From Oscillospiraceae bacterium (GTDB lineage Bacteria; Bacillota; Clostridia; Oscillospirales; Oscillospiraceae): 64,000 bases of DNA. The notes beneath the pieces are model-generated. The model saw only the letters and a list, made by a program, of their open reading frames with translations, did not search any database and was not told the origin of the DNA. Below are positions 21,220 to 31,776 of the stretch, in pieces (position 1 is the first letter of the stretch; each line of letters starts with the position of its first letter). A program made the position numbers and the translations under genes. Location: contig JAFZDL010000037.1 of NCBI GenBank assembly GCA_017561205.1, positions 3,490 through 67,489 on the forward strand. Direction: 5' to 3'.

Positions 21220-22254
21220 TTAATTACCTGTATTATACAACAGACGGGCTGAAAATTCCACAACTTTTTTTCGTCTCAAAATAAACACATATAGTAAAAT
21301 ACAAAATATCAATCCAATAAATGTGGGCAAAGATACGAAAATTGCTTCACTTTTTCTAAACAGAATGGGCTGTATCAGGAGACAAAGCGGTATGGTCAGT
21401 ATTGTTTGCAATACTTTTCCCGGGAAATACCGGCCGGTGCCGAGACCCTCTGTTACGGTCGTTGTCTGCATACCGACACACAGCCCACCAAAGCTCAATA
21501 TGATTCCTGCAAGCAGAAACCGCATACCTTCATTGGAAATGTTTTTCAGCATTACACATCCGTTTGACAGCTCCAGGAAACCGGAAAACAGCACCTGCGC
21601 ATATGTAGGTAATAACCATAAAAACCAACGGTTACAAAATCCTAATAGGATCCGAAACAGTATCACCCATCCGCAAATGCTGCAGGTAGACTTCATGGCT
21701 TTTTGCAGAGATTCCGGAAAAGAAATGCCGGTACTTGCAGAAATTTGAGTAGGTTCGCTGTTATGGGATGGCAGGATACAACCTGAGATCAGTGCTGAAA
21801 GAATATGAACACCCCATAATACCCAAACAGTTTTTGCGCTTGAAAACAGGGGAGCTATCATGCCAAACAGAAAGGCGGGCCCTGCGTTATTGCAAAAACC
21901 AAGCATTCGTCTGGCTGTATTTGCAGATAGTCTTTCTTCATTGTAAGCTTGAGTGATTAGCCGGGCCCCGATAGGATAACCCGCAAGAAAACCTAAAACT
22001 AAAAGAGATTCCGCTCCTTTGGGGATTTTGCAAATCCGCCCGAGTGGTTGCAATAATCGAAAATTCTGCCCCAATACACAACTATTGATAACACCGGACA
22101 GTACAAAAAAGGGGAACAGGGACGGTATGATCGTTTGTGTACATAGGACTAAACCTTCCCGCGCAGATGCAACAGATGTTCTTGTGTCAAGAATAATCAC
22201 GAGCATAGCGCAAGCGGCTACCATACCACGAACCAGTTGTTTTTGCTGTTTCAT
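21220..22254 (-). CDS. ylbJ: Sporulation integral membrane protein YlbJ-like
   Basis: IIPSLFPFF, GFLAGYPIGA, NAGPAF and FGGLCV motifs. Confidence 0.8.
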   Translation of the reverse strand: MKQQKQLVRGMVAACAMLVIILDTRTSVASAREGLVLCTQTIIPSLFPFFVLSGVINSCVLGQNFRLLQPLGRICKIPKGAESLLVLGFLAGYPIGARLITQAYNEERLSANTARRMLGFCNNAGPAFLFGMIAPLFSSAKTVWVLWGVHILSALISGCILPSHNSEPTQISASTGISFPESLQKAMKSTCSICGWVILFRILLGFCNRWFLWLLPTYAQVLFSGFLELSNGCVMLKNISNEGMRFLLAGIILSFGGLCVGMQTTTVTEGLGTGRYFPGKVLQTILTIPLCLLIQPILFRKSEAIFVSLPTFIGLIFCILLYVFILRRKKVVEFSARLLYNTGN

Positions 22255-22333
22255 TTGATCACCTCGTAAGAAACTATGTCTATGCAGTAAAATTCAGCAC
22301 ACATATTTCATACACTTTTCCGAAGGGGGCATT

Positions 22334-22591
22334 ATGATGAGAAAAATTCAGCAGTTTCGTCAGCGGGAGAATGTGCTTTCTGTGCTCCCAATTGTGGAGT
22401 TGGTAGGGCAAGGAAGACTATTGATTGAAAATCACCAAGGGGTTTTGTCTTATGCCCCCAATATGATCAAAATAAAGGTCAGCTATGGGTGTATTATCGT
22501 AGAGGGAAATGAATTACAACTTATGGAAATGAGTAGAGTGAAATTGGCAATCTGTGGCAGGATAAACTGCCTTCAGATACTTGGTAGGTGA
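22334..22591 (+). CDS. yqfC: YabP/YqfC family sporulation protein
   Basis: IENHQGVLSY motif; directly upstream of yqfD-phoH. Confidence 0.82.
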   Translation: MMRKIQQFRQRENVLSVLPIVELVGQGRLLIENHQGVLSYAPNMIKIKVSYGCIIVEGNELQLMEMSRVKLAICGRINCLQILGR

Positions 22592-22595
22592 TAAA

Positions 22596-23792
22596 ATGAA
22601 AAAACTTGACATCCTTCCAGGAAATGTAATAGCTGAAATTACAAGTGCAGATATTTCCTCTTTACTCAATATATTAACATTAAGCGGAATACAGATGCAG
22701 TATATTCAGTATTGTGATGATCTGTCGGTACGCATTAGCGTAGGCCGAAAGAATTATCAGAACCTTGTTATTCTATCCGAGAAACACGGTGCTGTTGTAA
22801 AAAGGAAAGGTTTCAATGGTATTTTCCCGATTGCTGATCGATTAAAGAAAAGACCGGTTTTGATACTATTTTTGCTCGCCGTGTTTCTGGTAAGCTGTTA
22901 TGTTCCAAGCAGAATCTTTTTTCTGCGTGTTGAAGGAAATACACAGGTGCCCGAAAGATACATCTTAGAAGTGGCTGCGGAGTGCGGAATAGACTTTGGT
23001 GCAAAACGAAGGTTAGTTCGCAGTGAAATGATGAAAAACAGGCTCTTGGAGAAAATACCGCAATTACAGTGGGCTGGTATCAATACCTCCGGTTGTACAG
23101 CGGTTATATCTGTTCGAGAAAAAACACACAGCGACAAGCAAAATGTATCTAAACATCAAGTGTCCAGTATTGTGGCTACAAGGGACGGTATCATACAAAG
23201 CTGTACTGTTCAGCAGGGGAATGCACTTTGCACGGTTGGGCAAGCGGTCAAGGCAGGTCAAGTGCTGGTGTCCGGATACTTAGATTGTGGTATCGTTACA
23301 AAAACTACCCAAGCTGATGCGGAGATCAAAGCGCTTACATTCCGCAACATAGAGGTTATATCGCCACATGCAGCGCTTGTAAAAAACATAGAACAAGAAG
23401 TAAAAACACGCTATGCCCTAAGAATCGGAAAAAAACTGATAAAATTCTATAAAGATAGTGGAAATTTGGATACTACATGTGGTAAAATATATTTGGAAGA
23501 GTATGTGCGTCTTCCGGGTGGGTTTTGCCTGCCCATTGCTGTTGTAAAAGAAACGGAAGTCAGTTACATTGTGGGTGAGGGTGAACTTCCTGTCTCTGAA
23601 GCTGGAGAATGGATAAAAGACTTTGCAAGTAACCACTTAAAAAATACGATGATTTCCGGTGAGATTATTTCTGCCGATGCTGAAGTAACTCCCGATGCAG
23701 GTGTATTTTGTCTTCAAGGTAGATACGCTTGTATGGAAATAATCGGACAGATTAGGCACGAGGAATTTATACCAAAGGATGATGAAAAATGA
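22596..23792 (+). CDS. yqfD: Sporulation protein YqfD
   Basis: TM segment, VEGN, IVATRDGII and VKAGQVLVSG motifs; synteny. Confidence 0.88.
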   Translation: MKKLDILPGNVIAEITSADISSLLNILTLSGIQMQYIQYCDDLSVRISVGRKNYQNLVILSEKHGAVVKRKGFNGIFPIADRLKKRPVLILFLLAVFLVSCYVPSRIFFLRVEGNTQVPERYILEVAAECGIDFGAKRRLVRSEMMKNRLLEKIPQLQWAGINTSGCTAVISVREKTHSDKQNVSKHQVSSIVATRDGIIQSCTVQQGNALCTVGQAVKAGQVLVSGYLDCGIVTKTTQADAEIKALTFRNIEVISPHAALVKNIEQEVKTRYALRIGKKLIKFYKDSGNLDTTCGKIYLEEYVRLPGGFCLPIAVVKETEVSYIVGEGELPVSEAGEWIKDFASNHLKNTMISGEIISADAEVTPDAGVFCLQGRYACMEIIGQIRHEEFIPKDDEK

Positions 23793-24787
23793 CAGAACGA
23801 ATCATAAACTTTGATCGCGTCGAAGATCTCATTGCTGTATTTGGCTCGTTTGATGAAAATATCAAACGAATTGAAGAGGCGCTGGATGTAAAAATAATTA
23901 ACAGAGGAACTGATTTGCGTGTCAGTGGCGACGCTGAAGCTGTTGATAAGGCGGCACGGGCACTGGAAGGCCTCTTGGCTTTGGCAGCCAAGGGTGAAGT
24001 GATTGATGAGCAGCGTGTGCGCTATCTCATTACCCTGGTGAAAGAGGGCAACGATGACTATGTTACCCAGATGGCTAAGGATGTTGTGTGTATCACCGCA
24101 AAGGGTAAGCCCATCAAGGCCAAAACCGTCGGTCAGCAGCAATATATGAAGGCAATTGCTAAGAACACAGTCACATTGGGTGTCGGTCCTGCCGGTACGG
24201 GTAAGACCTACCTGGCTGTTGCTGCCGCTGTTGCTGCTTTCCGGGAAAGAACTGTGAATAGAATCATCCTTACCCGCCCTGCGGTCGAGGCAGGTGAGCG
24301 GTTGGGTTTTTTGCCCGGCGATCTTCAGAACAAGGTTGATCCCTATCTGCGCCCTTTGTACGACGCTCTGTATGAGATGCTGGGACCGGAAACTTTCCAG
24401 AAGTATCAGGAGCGCGGCTCTATTGAAGTTGCACCTTTGGCCTATATGCGCGGGCGTACCTTGGACGATAGCTTTATTATTCTGGACGAAGCTCAGAACA
24501 CCACAAAAGAGCAGATGAAAATGTTTCTGACACGCCTTGGCTTCGGTTCGAAGATTGTAATTACAGGTGACGTAACGCAGATAGACCTGCCCAGCGACAA
24601 AATCTCCGGTCTTAAAGACGCCCTCCGTGTTTTGGAGGGTGTGCAGGATATCGCCATTTGCCGATTGACAGCTGCAGATGTAGTTCGCCACAGCCTTGTG
24701 CAAAAAATTATCGATGCCTATGAAAAGGCTGACAAGAAAGCAGAAGCCACCAAACCGGCAAACAGCCGTAACCAAAGGAAGAAGTAA
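23789..24787 (+). CDS. phoH: PhoH family ATPase
   Basis: GPAGTGKT, RPAVEAGE and RGRTLDDSFIILDEAQN motifs. Confidence 0.95.
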   Translation: MTERIINFDRVEDLIAVFGSFDENIKRIEEALDVKIINRGTDLRVSGDAEAVDKAARALEGLLALAAKGEVIDEQRVRYLITLVKEGNDDYVTQMAKDVVCITAKGKPIKAKTVGQQQYMKAIAKNTVTLGVGPAGTGKTYLAVAAAVAAFRERTVNRIILTRPAVEAGERLGFLPGDLQNKVDPYLRPLYDALYEMLGPETFQKYQERGSIEVAPLAYMRGRTLDDSFIILDEAQNTTKEQMKMFLTRLGFGSKIVITGDVTQIDLPSDKISGLKDALRVLEGVQDIAICRLTAADVVRHSLVQKIIDAYEKADKKAEATKPANSRNQRKK

Positions 24788-24788
24788 T

Positions 24789-25292
24789 ATGGTACAACAC
24801 AAAATCAATATTACGTTCAATTGCTTGACATTTCAAAAAATCCCGGTCACGATGATCGTTCGCAAGTGCATCGAGGCAACCTTGCAGGCAGAGGGAATAG
24901 AAATCCCTTGTGAGATTAATGTTCTTGTCACTGATGATAAGGAAATCCGGGCCATCAATTTGGCAAGTCGAGAAATTGACAAGCCTACCGACGTGCTGAG
25001 CTTTCCTATGTTTTCTCTGGAACCCGGCAATCCTCCAGAGAATTGGGATAGCTACATAGACCCGGAGACAGAACTGTGCCCCCTTGGCGATATGGTGATT
25101 TCTTTGGAAAGAGCAATCGCCCAGGCGAAGGAATTTGGACACAGTACCCGCCGGGAAGTAGGCTATTTGACAATTCATTCCATTTTGCATCTGTTGGGGT
25201 ATGACCACCTGGACGAAGGCCCTCAGAAGGCGCAGATGCGGGCAAGAGAAAAAGAGATTGTTGCGGGCATTCCCCGTATGCACAGAGCGTAA
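24789..25292 (+). CDS. ybeY: rRNA maturation endoribonuclease YbeY
   Basis: PTDVLSFP, LGDMVIS and HSILHLLGYDH motifs. Confidence 0.95.
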   Translation: MVQHKINITFNCLTFQKIPVTMIVRKCIEATLQAEGIEIPCEINVLVTDDKEIRAINLASREIDKPTDVLSFPMFSLEPGNPPENWDSYIDPETELCPLGDMVISLERAIAQAKEFGHSTRREVGYLTIHSILHLLGYDHLDEGPQKAQMRAREKEIVAGIPRMHRA

Positions 25293-25310
25293 ATACAAAG
25301 GAGAATAATT

Positions 25311-26198
25311 ATGGCTACTAAAACTGCTATGATCACCATTGCCGGACGGCCCAATGTTGGTAAATCCACCTTAACAAATTATTTGGTTGGCGAGAAGATT
25401 GCCATTGTTTCCAATAAGCCCCAGACCACCCGTAACCGAATTTGCGGCATTGTTACAAAAGAGGATATTCAGTATGTCTTTGTGGACACCCCCGGTTTCC
25501 ACAAGCCCAGAACAAAGTTGGGCGACTATATGGTAAATGTCACCCGGGAATCCATTGCGGATGTGGATTTGACCATTCTCATGGTGGAGCCTATTGCCTC
25601 CATTGGTCCTCAGGAAGAAGAGCTGATTGAACAGCTGAAGCAGAAGAAATGCCCTGTTGTCCTGGTAATCAACAAAATCGATACTGTCGAAAAAGACAGC
25701 CTTCTGGAAGTGATTGCTGTCTATTCCCAGGCTGCGGCCTTTGATGCTATTATTCCTATCTCTGCAAAGACCGGCGACGGTGTGGAGCAGCTGATGGAAA
25801 TGTGTGCAAAGTACGCTGTGGAGAGTCCGTTTTTATTTCCTGATGACATTACAACCGACCAGCCGGAACGGCAGGTTATGGCAGAAATTATCCGTGAAAA
25901 GCTTTTGTGGACTCTTGACAGGGAAGTGCCACACGGTACAGCAGTGGAAATCACGAAGTTTACGGAGCGTGATAACGGTATTATCGATATCGATGCTACG
26001 ATCTATTGTGAAAAAGCCAGCCATAAAGGCATTATCATTGGCAAGCACGGTGATATGCTGAAGAAAATTTCTACTATGGCTCGCAATGATTGCGAACGCT
26101 TTATGGGCACGAAGGTCTTTTTGACGACCTGGGTCAAGGTTAAGGAGAACTGGCGTGACAGTGACTTCTTGGTGCGGAATTTTGGCTACAGAGAATAA
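25311..26198 (+). CDS. era: GTPase Era
   Basis: GRPNVGKST, DTPG, NKID and KH domain IIGKHG. Confidence 0.97.
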   Translation: MATKTAMITIAGRPNVGKSTLTNYLVGEKIAIVSNKPQTTRNRICGIVTKEDIQYVFVDTPGFHKPRTKLGDYMVNVTRESIADVDLTILMVEPIASIGPQEEELIEQLKQKKCPVVLVINKIDTVEKDSLLEVIAVYSQAAAFDAIIPISAKTGDGVEQLMEMCAKYAVESPFLFPDDITTDQPERQVMAEIIREKLLWTLDREVPHGTAVEITKFTERDNGIIDIDATIYCEKASHKGIIIGKHGDMLKKISTMARNDCERFMGTKVFLTTWVKVKENWRDSDFLVRNFGYRE

Positions 26199-26252
26199 TT
26201 TCCAAGTCTAAACATGTACTCTCTGCAAACACTATGTTTGGAGGGGATGCAG

Positions 26253-26396
26253 ATGACTTCACAGGATTACTGGCAGATATTCTTAGAAACCGGCGCACCG
26301 GAGATGTATCTGCTGTACAACAAAGCGCTGAAAATGGAGACAAGCTATGTACCTGACAACACAGGCGCTGGTACTGCGGGTCACAGCCTACAATGA
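26253..26396 (+). CDS. yqzL: YqzL-like small protein
   Basis: WQIFLETGAPEMYLLY motif; era-yqzL-recO synteny; overlaps the recO start. Confidence 0.75.
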   Translation: MTSQDYWQIFLETGAPEMYLLYNKALKMETSYVPDNTGAGTAGHSLQ

Positions 26397-27108
26397 TACC
26401 GACGGCTTACTGACTCTGCTTACGCCTAACCACGGGAAGCTGACAGCCAAGGCAAGAGGACTTCGCAGAAAGAACAGCCCCTTGGTTGCCCCGTGTCAGC
26501 TTTTGGCATATGGGGAATTTACATTATTTGAATATCGTTCTATGTACACTGTAAACGAGGCACATTCCGTTGAGCTATTTACTCCCTTGCGGTCCGATTT
26601 GGAAAAGCTGTCGTTGGGCACTTATTTTGCTCAGGCTGCGGAGTTACTCTCCCAAGAAGATCTACCTAATCCGGAACTGCTTTCATTACTGTTGAATTGT
26701 TTGTATGCCTTATCCAGGTTAGATACGCCGCAGGCCCTTGTTAAGGCGGTTTTTGAGCTTCGTGGCGCTTGCCTCGCCGGCTATGAACCGGATCTGTATG
26801 GCTGCCATCGGTGCGGAAATCCTTTTCCGGACCGGATTGATCTATCGGAAGGTAGACTGGAGTGCAATTCTTGCCGCGACTACTCTTCCGGCGGTATTCG
26901 TATGCCTATCAGTCCGGGAATGCTGGAAGCGATGCACTACATTACCACCTGTGATCCTAAAAAGCTCTTTTCCTTCCAAATCGGCGATGACACAATAGAA
27001 CAGTTATCCGCTTTAACAGAAAGTTATCTTAGTACACAATTGGAGCGGGGCTTTTCTGCCCTTGATTTCTATAAATCACTGCTGATCCCACCTCTGGAGA
27101 TGCAGTAA
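26347..27108 (+). CDS. recO: DNA repair protein RecO
   Basis: OB-fold N-terminus (GKLTAKARG), GYEPDL and CxxC...CxxC Zn motif. Confidence 0.92.
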   Translation: MYLTTQALVLRVTAYNDTDGLLTLLTPNHGKLTAKARGLRRKNSPLVAPCQLLAYGEFTLFEYRSMYTVNEAHSVELFTPLRSDLEKLSLGTYFAQAAELLSQEDLPNPELLSLLLNCLYALSRLDTPQALVKAVFELRGACLAGYEPDLYGCHRCGNPFPDRIDLSEGRLECNSCRDYSSGGIRMPISPGMLEAMHYITTCDPKKLFSFQIGDDTIEQLSALTESYLSTQLERGFSALDFYKSLLIPPLEMQ

Positions 27109-27123
27109 CTACAGGAGATAGTC

Positions 27124-29502
27124 ATGTCTGAATTATACGAAAAATCCCGATTTAAGTTAGAACTGTACCGGGTTTTGCATATGTTGTCTGAGTGTGCCGG
27201 AAGCGTTGACGGCAAGGCTGCCTGTTTGGCCCTTGAACCATCTTCAGATTTGGAACTGGTACAACAATGGTTAGAAGAAACCACTGTTGCATCGACCCTA
27301 TCAACCCTTAAGGGATACCCGGGTTTTGCCGGTGTCAAGGACGTGTCCGCATCCCTGGACCGTGCTGAGCGGGGTGGCACCTTACAGCCGAAAGAACTGC
27401 TAGACATAGCCAGCGTTCTGCGTTGTACCCGCAGCGTAAAGGGATATATCACGGAGGATGAACAGCGAAATATTCTGACGCCTCTGTTTGATATGCTAAC
27501 CCCCAATAAATATCTTGAGGAAAAGATATTTGCAGCAATTCTTACCGAAGACGAAATTGCTGACACAGCCAGCCCTGATCTTGCGGATATTCGAAGACAT
27601 ATGCGCGTTCAAAGCGCAAAAATCAAGGATAGTTTACAAAAAGTGATTTCTTCTCCGGCCTATTCCAAGTACCTCCGGGAACCGATTATAACCATTCGCC
27701 AAGGCCGCTATGTAGTGCCGGTAAAGAGTGAGTGCAAGAATGATGTTCCGGGCCTGGTTCATGATGTATCTGCAACCGGTTCTACCTATTTTGTGGAACC
27801 AATGTCTGCGGTGAATGCCAATAATGCCCTTCGTGAACTTGAAATCAAGGAAATGAAGGAAATTGAACGAATTTTGGCAGAACTTTCTGCAGAAGCTGCC
27901 GGTTACAGGGACGCGATCGGCGACAATGTCCGGTTACTCGTGCAGTTGGATGTGATTTTTGCTAAGGCAAAACTCGCATTCCAAATGCGGGCCTGGGCGC
28001 CTCAGATGAACGATATTGGTAAGGTGGAGCTTCGTAACGCAAGACACCCGTTAATCGATTCTAATAAGGTTGTACCTATCTCCCTGCGGTTGGGAACTGA
28101 TTTTGACACAATGATTATCACCGGTCCCAACACCGGCGGTAAGACAGTGACCCTAAAGACTATCGGTTTGCTTACTTTGATGGCAGAGTGTGGTCTACAC
28201 ATCCCAGCTGGGGATGGCAGCTGCCTTTCTACCTTTGATGCGATACTTGCCGATATTGGTGACGAACAATCCATTGCCCAAAGCCTATCCACTTTCTCCA
28301 GTCATATGCGTACCATTGTGGATGTTGTAGCGCAATGTGACAGCAGAACGTTGGTTTTGTTTGACGAATTAGGCGCCGGCACAGATCCTGCCGAGGGCGC
28401 TGCTTTGGCGATTTCTCTGATTGAATTCTGCAGGAAAATGGGCAGCCGTGTTGTTGCAACTACTCACTATGCAGAACTGAAGCTGTACGCAATGCGCACA
28501 GAAAATGTTATCAATGCGTCCTGTGAATTCAGCGTGGAAACCTTGCAGCCCACCTATAAGCTTTTAATCGGTATTCCCGGCAAATCCAATGCATTTGCTA
28601 TTTCTCGCAAACTTGGTCTTTCTGAGGACATTTTGAAGGAAGCAGCTGATCTGGTAAGCCAAAGCGATAAAGATTTTGAGGATGTACTTTCCCAATTGGA
28701 GCAGCAACGTCAGCAGATGGAAGCTGCCCGTGCTGAAGCGGAGCATTTGCGCCAGGAAACCGCAAAAATCAAGCAGCAGAGCGAAGAATTCAACGCCCAG
28801 CTGCAAGTAGAGCGGGAAAAAGCTATGGAACAGGCTCGCCTGGAAGCGCAGCGCATCATTGAAGATGCCCGCCGTATTGCCAATGCCGCATCCGAAGAGA
28901 TTAAAGCGCTGAAAAAGCAGCTTGCTGAGAGTGCTGACACCCAGGGCATCAATCAAAGACAGGCTGACCTGCGCAGAAGTCTGAATGAGGCAGAGAGCAA
29001 ACTTCGCGCAGGACAAGTGCAAAAGGCCCGGCCCAAACCGTCCAGAGGTGTACTTGTTGGCGATACCGTTGAACTGTTGAAGTTGGGAACAAAAGCCAGC
29101 GTGATTGCTATTAACAAAGACGGTACCTATCAATTACAGGCCGGTATTTTGAAGCTGACTGCAAAAGCTGATGAGATTTATCTTTTGGAGCAGGAGAATC
29201 CCTATCAGCAGAAGGGCGGTCGCCCAGCGCACTCCGGCAGAGAGATGAAAATGGCAGTGATGTCATCTGAGATCGATCTGCGCGGTATGGATTCTGTAGA
29301 AGCCATCTGCATTTTGGAACGATATCTGGACGAAGCAATGCGTTCCAATGTCAGCCCTGTGCGAATTATTCACGGAAAGGGAAGCGGTGTTCTGCGCAGT
29401 GCGGTGCAGCAATCCCTTAAGAAAAATAAATTTATTAAGACGTTCCGCCTTGGTCTGTATGGCGAAGGCGAGGATGGTGTCACAATTGCTGAATTTCGTT
29501 AA
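27124..29502 (+). CDS. mutS2: MutS2 endonuclease / ribosome collision factor
   Basis: TGPNTGGKT, DIGDEQSIAQSLSTFSSH, coiled coil and Smr domain (IIHGKG). Confidence 0.95.
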   Translation: MSELYEKSRFKLELYRVLHMLSECAGSVDGKAACLALEPSSDLELVQQWLEETTVASTLSTLKGYPGFAGVKDVSASLDRAERGGTLQPKELLDIASVLRCTRSVKGYITEDEQRNILTPLFDMLTPNKYLEEKIFAAILTEDEIADTASPDLADIRRHMRVQSAKIKDSLQKVISSPAYSKYLREPIITIRQGRYVVPVKSECKNDVPGLVHDVSATGSTYFVEPMSAVNANNALRELEIKEMKEIERILAELSAEAAGYRDAIGDNVRLLVQLDVIFAKAKLAFQMRAWAPQMNDIGKVELRNARHPLIDSNKVVPISLRLGTDFDTMIITGPNTGGKTVTLKTIGLLTLMAECGLHIPAGDGSCLSTFDAILADIGDEQSIAQSLSTFSSHMRTIVDVVAQCDSRTLVLFDELGAGTDPAEGAALAISLIEFCRKMGSRVVATTHYAELKLYAMRTENVINASCEFSVETLQPTYKLLIGIPGKSNAFAISRKLGLSEDILKEAADLVSQSDKDFEDVLSQLEQQRQQMEAARAEAEHLRQETAKIKQQSEEFNAQLQVEREKAMEQARLEAQRIIEDARRIANAASEEIKALKKQLAESADTQGINQRQADLRRSLNEAESKLRAGQVQKARPKPSRGVLVGDTVELLKLGTKASVIAINKDGTYQLQAGILKLTAKADEIYLLEQENPYQQKGGRPAHSGREMKMAVMSSEIDLRGMDSVEAICILERYLDEAMRSNVSPVRIIHGKGSGVLRSAVQQSLKKNKFIKTFRLGLYGEGEDGVTIAEFR

Positions 29503-29626
29503 ATTTGGCCTAATTTTTTGCTAAATATGTAGATTTAACGGAAAACAGTTGACTTTTCTTTCAAATTTGTTATCATATACTAAAATGGTTAATGTGACCA
29601 CCACGACAATTAAGGAGTGTATTGAT

Positions 29627-29887
29627 ATGTTTAGTAAGGAAGTCGTTGTTCGCTGCGAATCCGGTCTGCACAATAAGCAGGCTACATATTTTGTGCAGAA
29701 GGCCATCGAATTTGATTCCAGTGTTTGGCTGGAGTCCGGCAATCGTAAAATGAACGCAAAGAGCTTGCTGGGCATTATGTCTTTGGGAATCGTTACCGGT
29801 GCTACTGTTGTTTTGAGCGCTACCGGCGCTGATGCCGAAGCAGCTGTAAATGCGCTGGAGACCTTTCTTCAGCAGGATGTTTATTGA
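29627..29887 (+). CDS. HPr family phosphocarrier protein (atypical active-site loop)
   Basis: GLH15NKQA and NAKS46LLGIMSLG. Confidence 0.88.
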   Translation: MFSKEVVVRCESGLHNKQATYFVQKAIEFDSSVWLESGNRKMNAKSLLGIMSLGIVTGATVVLSATGADAEAAVNALETFLQQDVY

Positions 29888-29898
29888 TCGTATATTTG

Positions 29899-29940
29899 AC
29901 ACCGCCTCAACGCGTAATAGCATTGAGGCGGTACTTTTTG
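29899..29940 (+). terminator. Intrinsic terminator
   Basis: accgcctcaa...ttgaggcggt followed by a T-tract. Confidence 0.7.
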
Positions 29941-29949
29941 GAGTAGACT

Positions 29950-31770
29950 ATGCTGATTGATCAACTGAAGGAAAAGGCTGCTGCTTTACCGCTGGCACCC
30001 GGTGTCTATATTATGAAGGACAAGAGTGAAACTGTCCTTTATGTAGGCAAGGCAAAAAAACTGAAGAACAGAGTCGGCCAGTATTTTCAGGATACTGCAT
30101 CCCACTCAGCTAAGACCAAGCTTATGGTCAGTAAGATCGATCATTTTGATGTGATTGTTGCAGCGTCGGAGTTTGAGGCCTTGGTGCTGGAGTGCTCGCT
30201 GATTAAGCGGTATATGCCTAAATACAATATCCTTTTGAAGGACGATAAAGGTTATCCTTATCTTCGGCTGGATATGAAGCAAAAGTATCCGGCAATCACA
30301 CTTACTAACAGAACTGCCGACGACGGTGCAAGTTATTTTGGTCCCTACGGCAGTCGCAGTGTTACACAAAGCCTACTGGAAGCAATTCGCTTAACCTTAA
30401 AGCTTCCCGGTTGCGGAAAGACATTTCCGAGAGATATTGGAAAAAGCCGCCCTTGTTTGAATTATCACATGAATCAATGTGAAGGTTGGTGCCAGGTAGG
30501 GAAGACCAGTCAAATGTACCGCGAGCGCATTGAGCAAGCCAGACAGCTGTTGAAAGGAAATTATAAGCAGGTTGCTGCTGATATTCGTAATCAAATGACC
30601 GCTGCAGCCGATGATCTAAATTTCGAGTTGGCGGCCAATCTGCGGGATCGTTTAAAGGCTGTGGAAGCTTTGGGACAAAAACAGCTTGTTACTGCCGGTA
30701 CGCTTGCCGATACCGATGTAATTGGTTTCTGTCAGAATGATACTAAGGCTTGTTTTGCGGTTTTGCATTTTAGCGGTGGAAATTTGCTGGATAAGGATTA
30801 TGAGATTTTGGGTTCTGTTGATGATACTGAATCTGCAGTCGAAACCCTGCTGACACAGTATTATTTGAGCAGAGGTTATGCACCCAAACATATTTTGTTA
30901 CCAATCGCACTGGAAGACAGCGCTATTGTAGAGCAGCTGTTTGAAGAGAAACTTAATCGAAGTACCAAGCTGCGAGTTCCGCAAAGAGGCGACAATATGC
31001 GCCTTGTGGAATTGGCAAACGCCAATGCAAAGGAAGAGGCAGAGCGGATTACCTCAAAGGAAGAAAAAGTAAAGGGTGTTTTAAATCTTTTAGGTAAGAT
31101 GTTGAATCTTCCCACACCGCAAAGAATTGAAGCGTTTGACATTTCCAATATTTCCGGTACGGATATTGTAGCCAGTATGGTTGTCTTTTTGGAAGGTAAA
31201 CCTAAAAAAGGGGAGTACAAGCGTTTTTCTCTGCGGGATTTATCCGGTCAGGATGACTATGCATCCATGCACCAAGTGGTTACAAGAAGATTCACACACC
31301 TGAAGGATGGCGATAAAGGCTTTGACGCAATGCCTGACCTTTTGTTAATCGACGGTGGCATTACCCATGCCCAGACGGCGTTGGATGCGTTGAATCAGCT
31401 GGGAATCTCCGTCCCGGTATTCGGTATGGTTAAGGATGATTCTCACCGCACGAGGGCGCTGGTGACGCCGGATGGACGTGAGATCAGTATTGCAGCGCAG
31501 CAATCCGTGTTTTCGTTTATTGGAAATATTCAGGAGGAAGCCCATCGTTTTGCAATTACCTATCACAGGAACCTGCGCAGCAAACGACTACGGTATTCAG
31601 AGTTGGATTTCATTGACGGTATTGGCCCTAAGCGTAAGCAGGATCTTCTGAAGCATTTTAAATCAATTGCTGCCATTAAGGAAGCATCTATGGAAGAATT
31701 ACTGCGCGTTTTGAATGTTTCGGTTGCAAATAGCGTTTATAAACATTTTCACAATAAGGAAGGGGAGTAG
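29950..31770 (+). CDS. uvrC: Excinuclease ABC subunit C
   Basis: GIY-YIG domain (PGVY..YVGKA), EAFDISN, LIDGG and HhH. Confidence 0.96.
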   Translation: MLIDQLKEKAAALPLAPGVYIMKDKSETVLYVGKAKKLKNRVGQYFQDTASHSAKTKLMVSKIDHFDVIVAASEFEALVLECSLIKRYMPKYNILLKDDKGYPYLRLDMKQKYPAITLTNRTADDGASYFGPYGSRSVTQSLLEAIRLTLKLPGCGKTFPRDIGKSRPCLNYHMNQCEGWCQVGKTSQMYRERIEQARQLLKGNYKQVAADIRNQMTAAADDLNFELAANLRDRLKAVEALGQKQLVTAGTLADTDVIGFCQNDTKACFAVLHFSGGNLLDKDYEILGSVDDTESAVETLLTQYYLSRGYAPKHILLPIALEDSAIVEQLFEEKLNRSTKLRVPQRGDNMRLVELANANAKEEAERITSKEEKVKGVLNLLGKMLNLPTPQRIEAFDISNISGTDIVASMVVFLEGKPKKGEYKRFSLRDLSGQDDYASMHQVVTRRFTHLKDGDKGFDAMPDLLLIDGGITHAQTALDALNQLGISVPVFGMVKDDSHRTRALVTPDGREISIAAQQSVFSFIGNIQEEAHRFAITYHRNLRSKRLRYSELDFIDGIGPKRKQDLLKHFKSIAAIKEASMEELLRVLNVSVANSVYKHFHNKEGE

Positions 31771-31776
31771 GAAGTT

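Noticed and set aside
23714-24820. 368-aa antisense ORF over phoH
   Set aside because: Shadow of a conserved gene; no family signature
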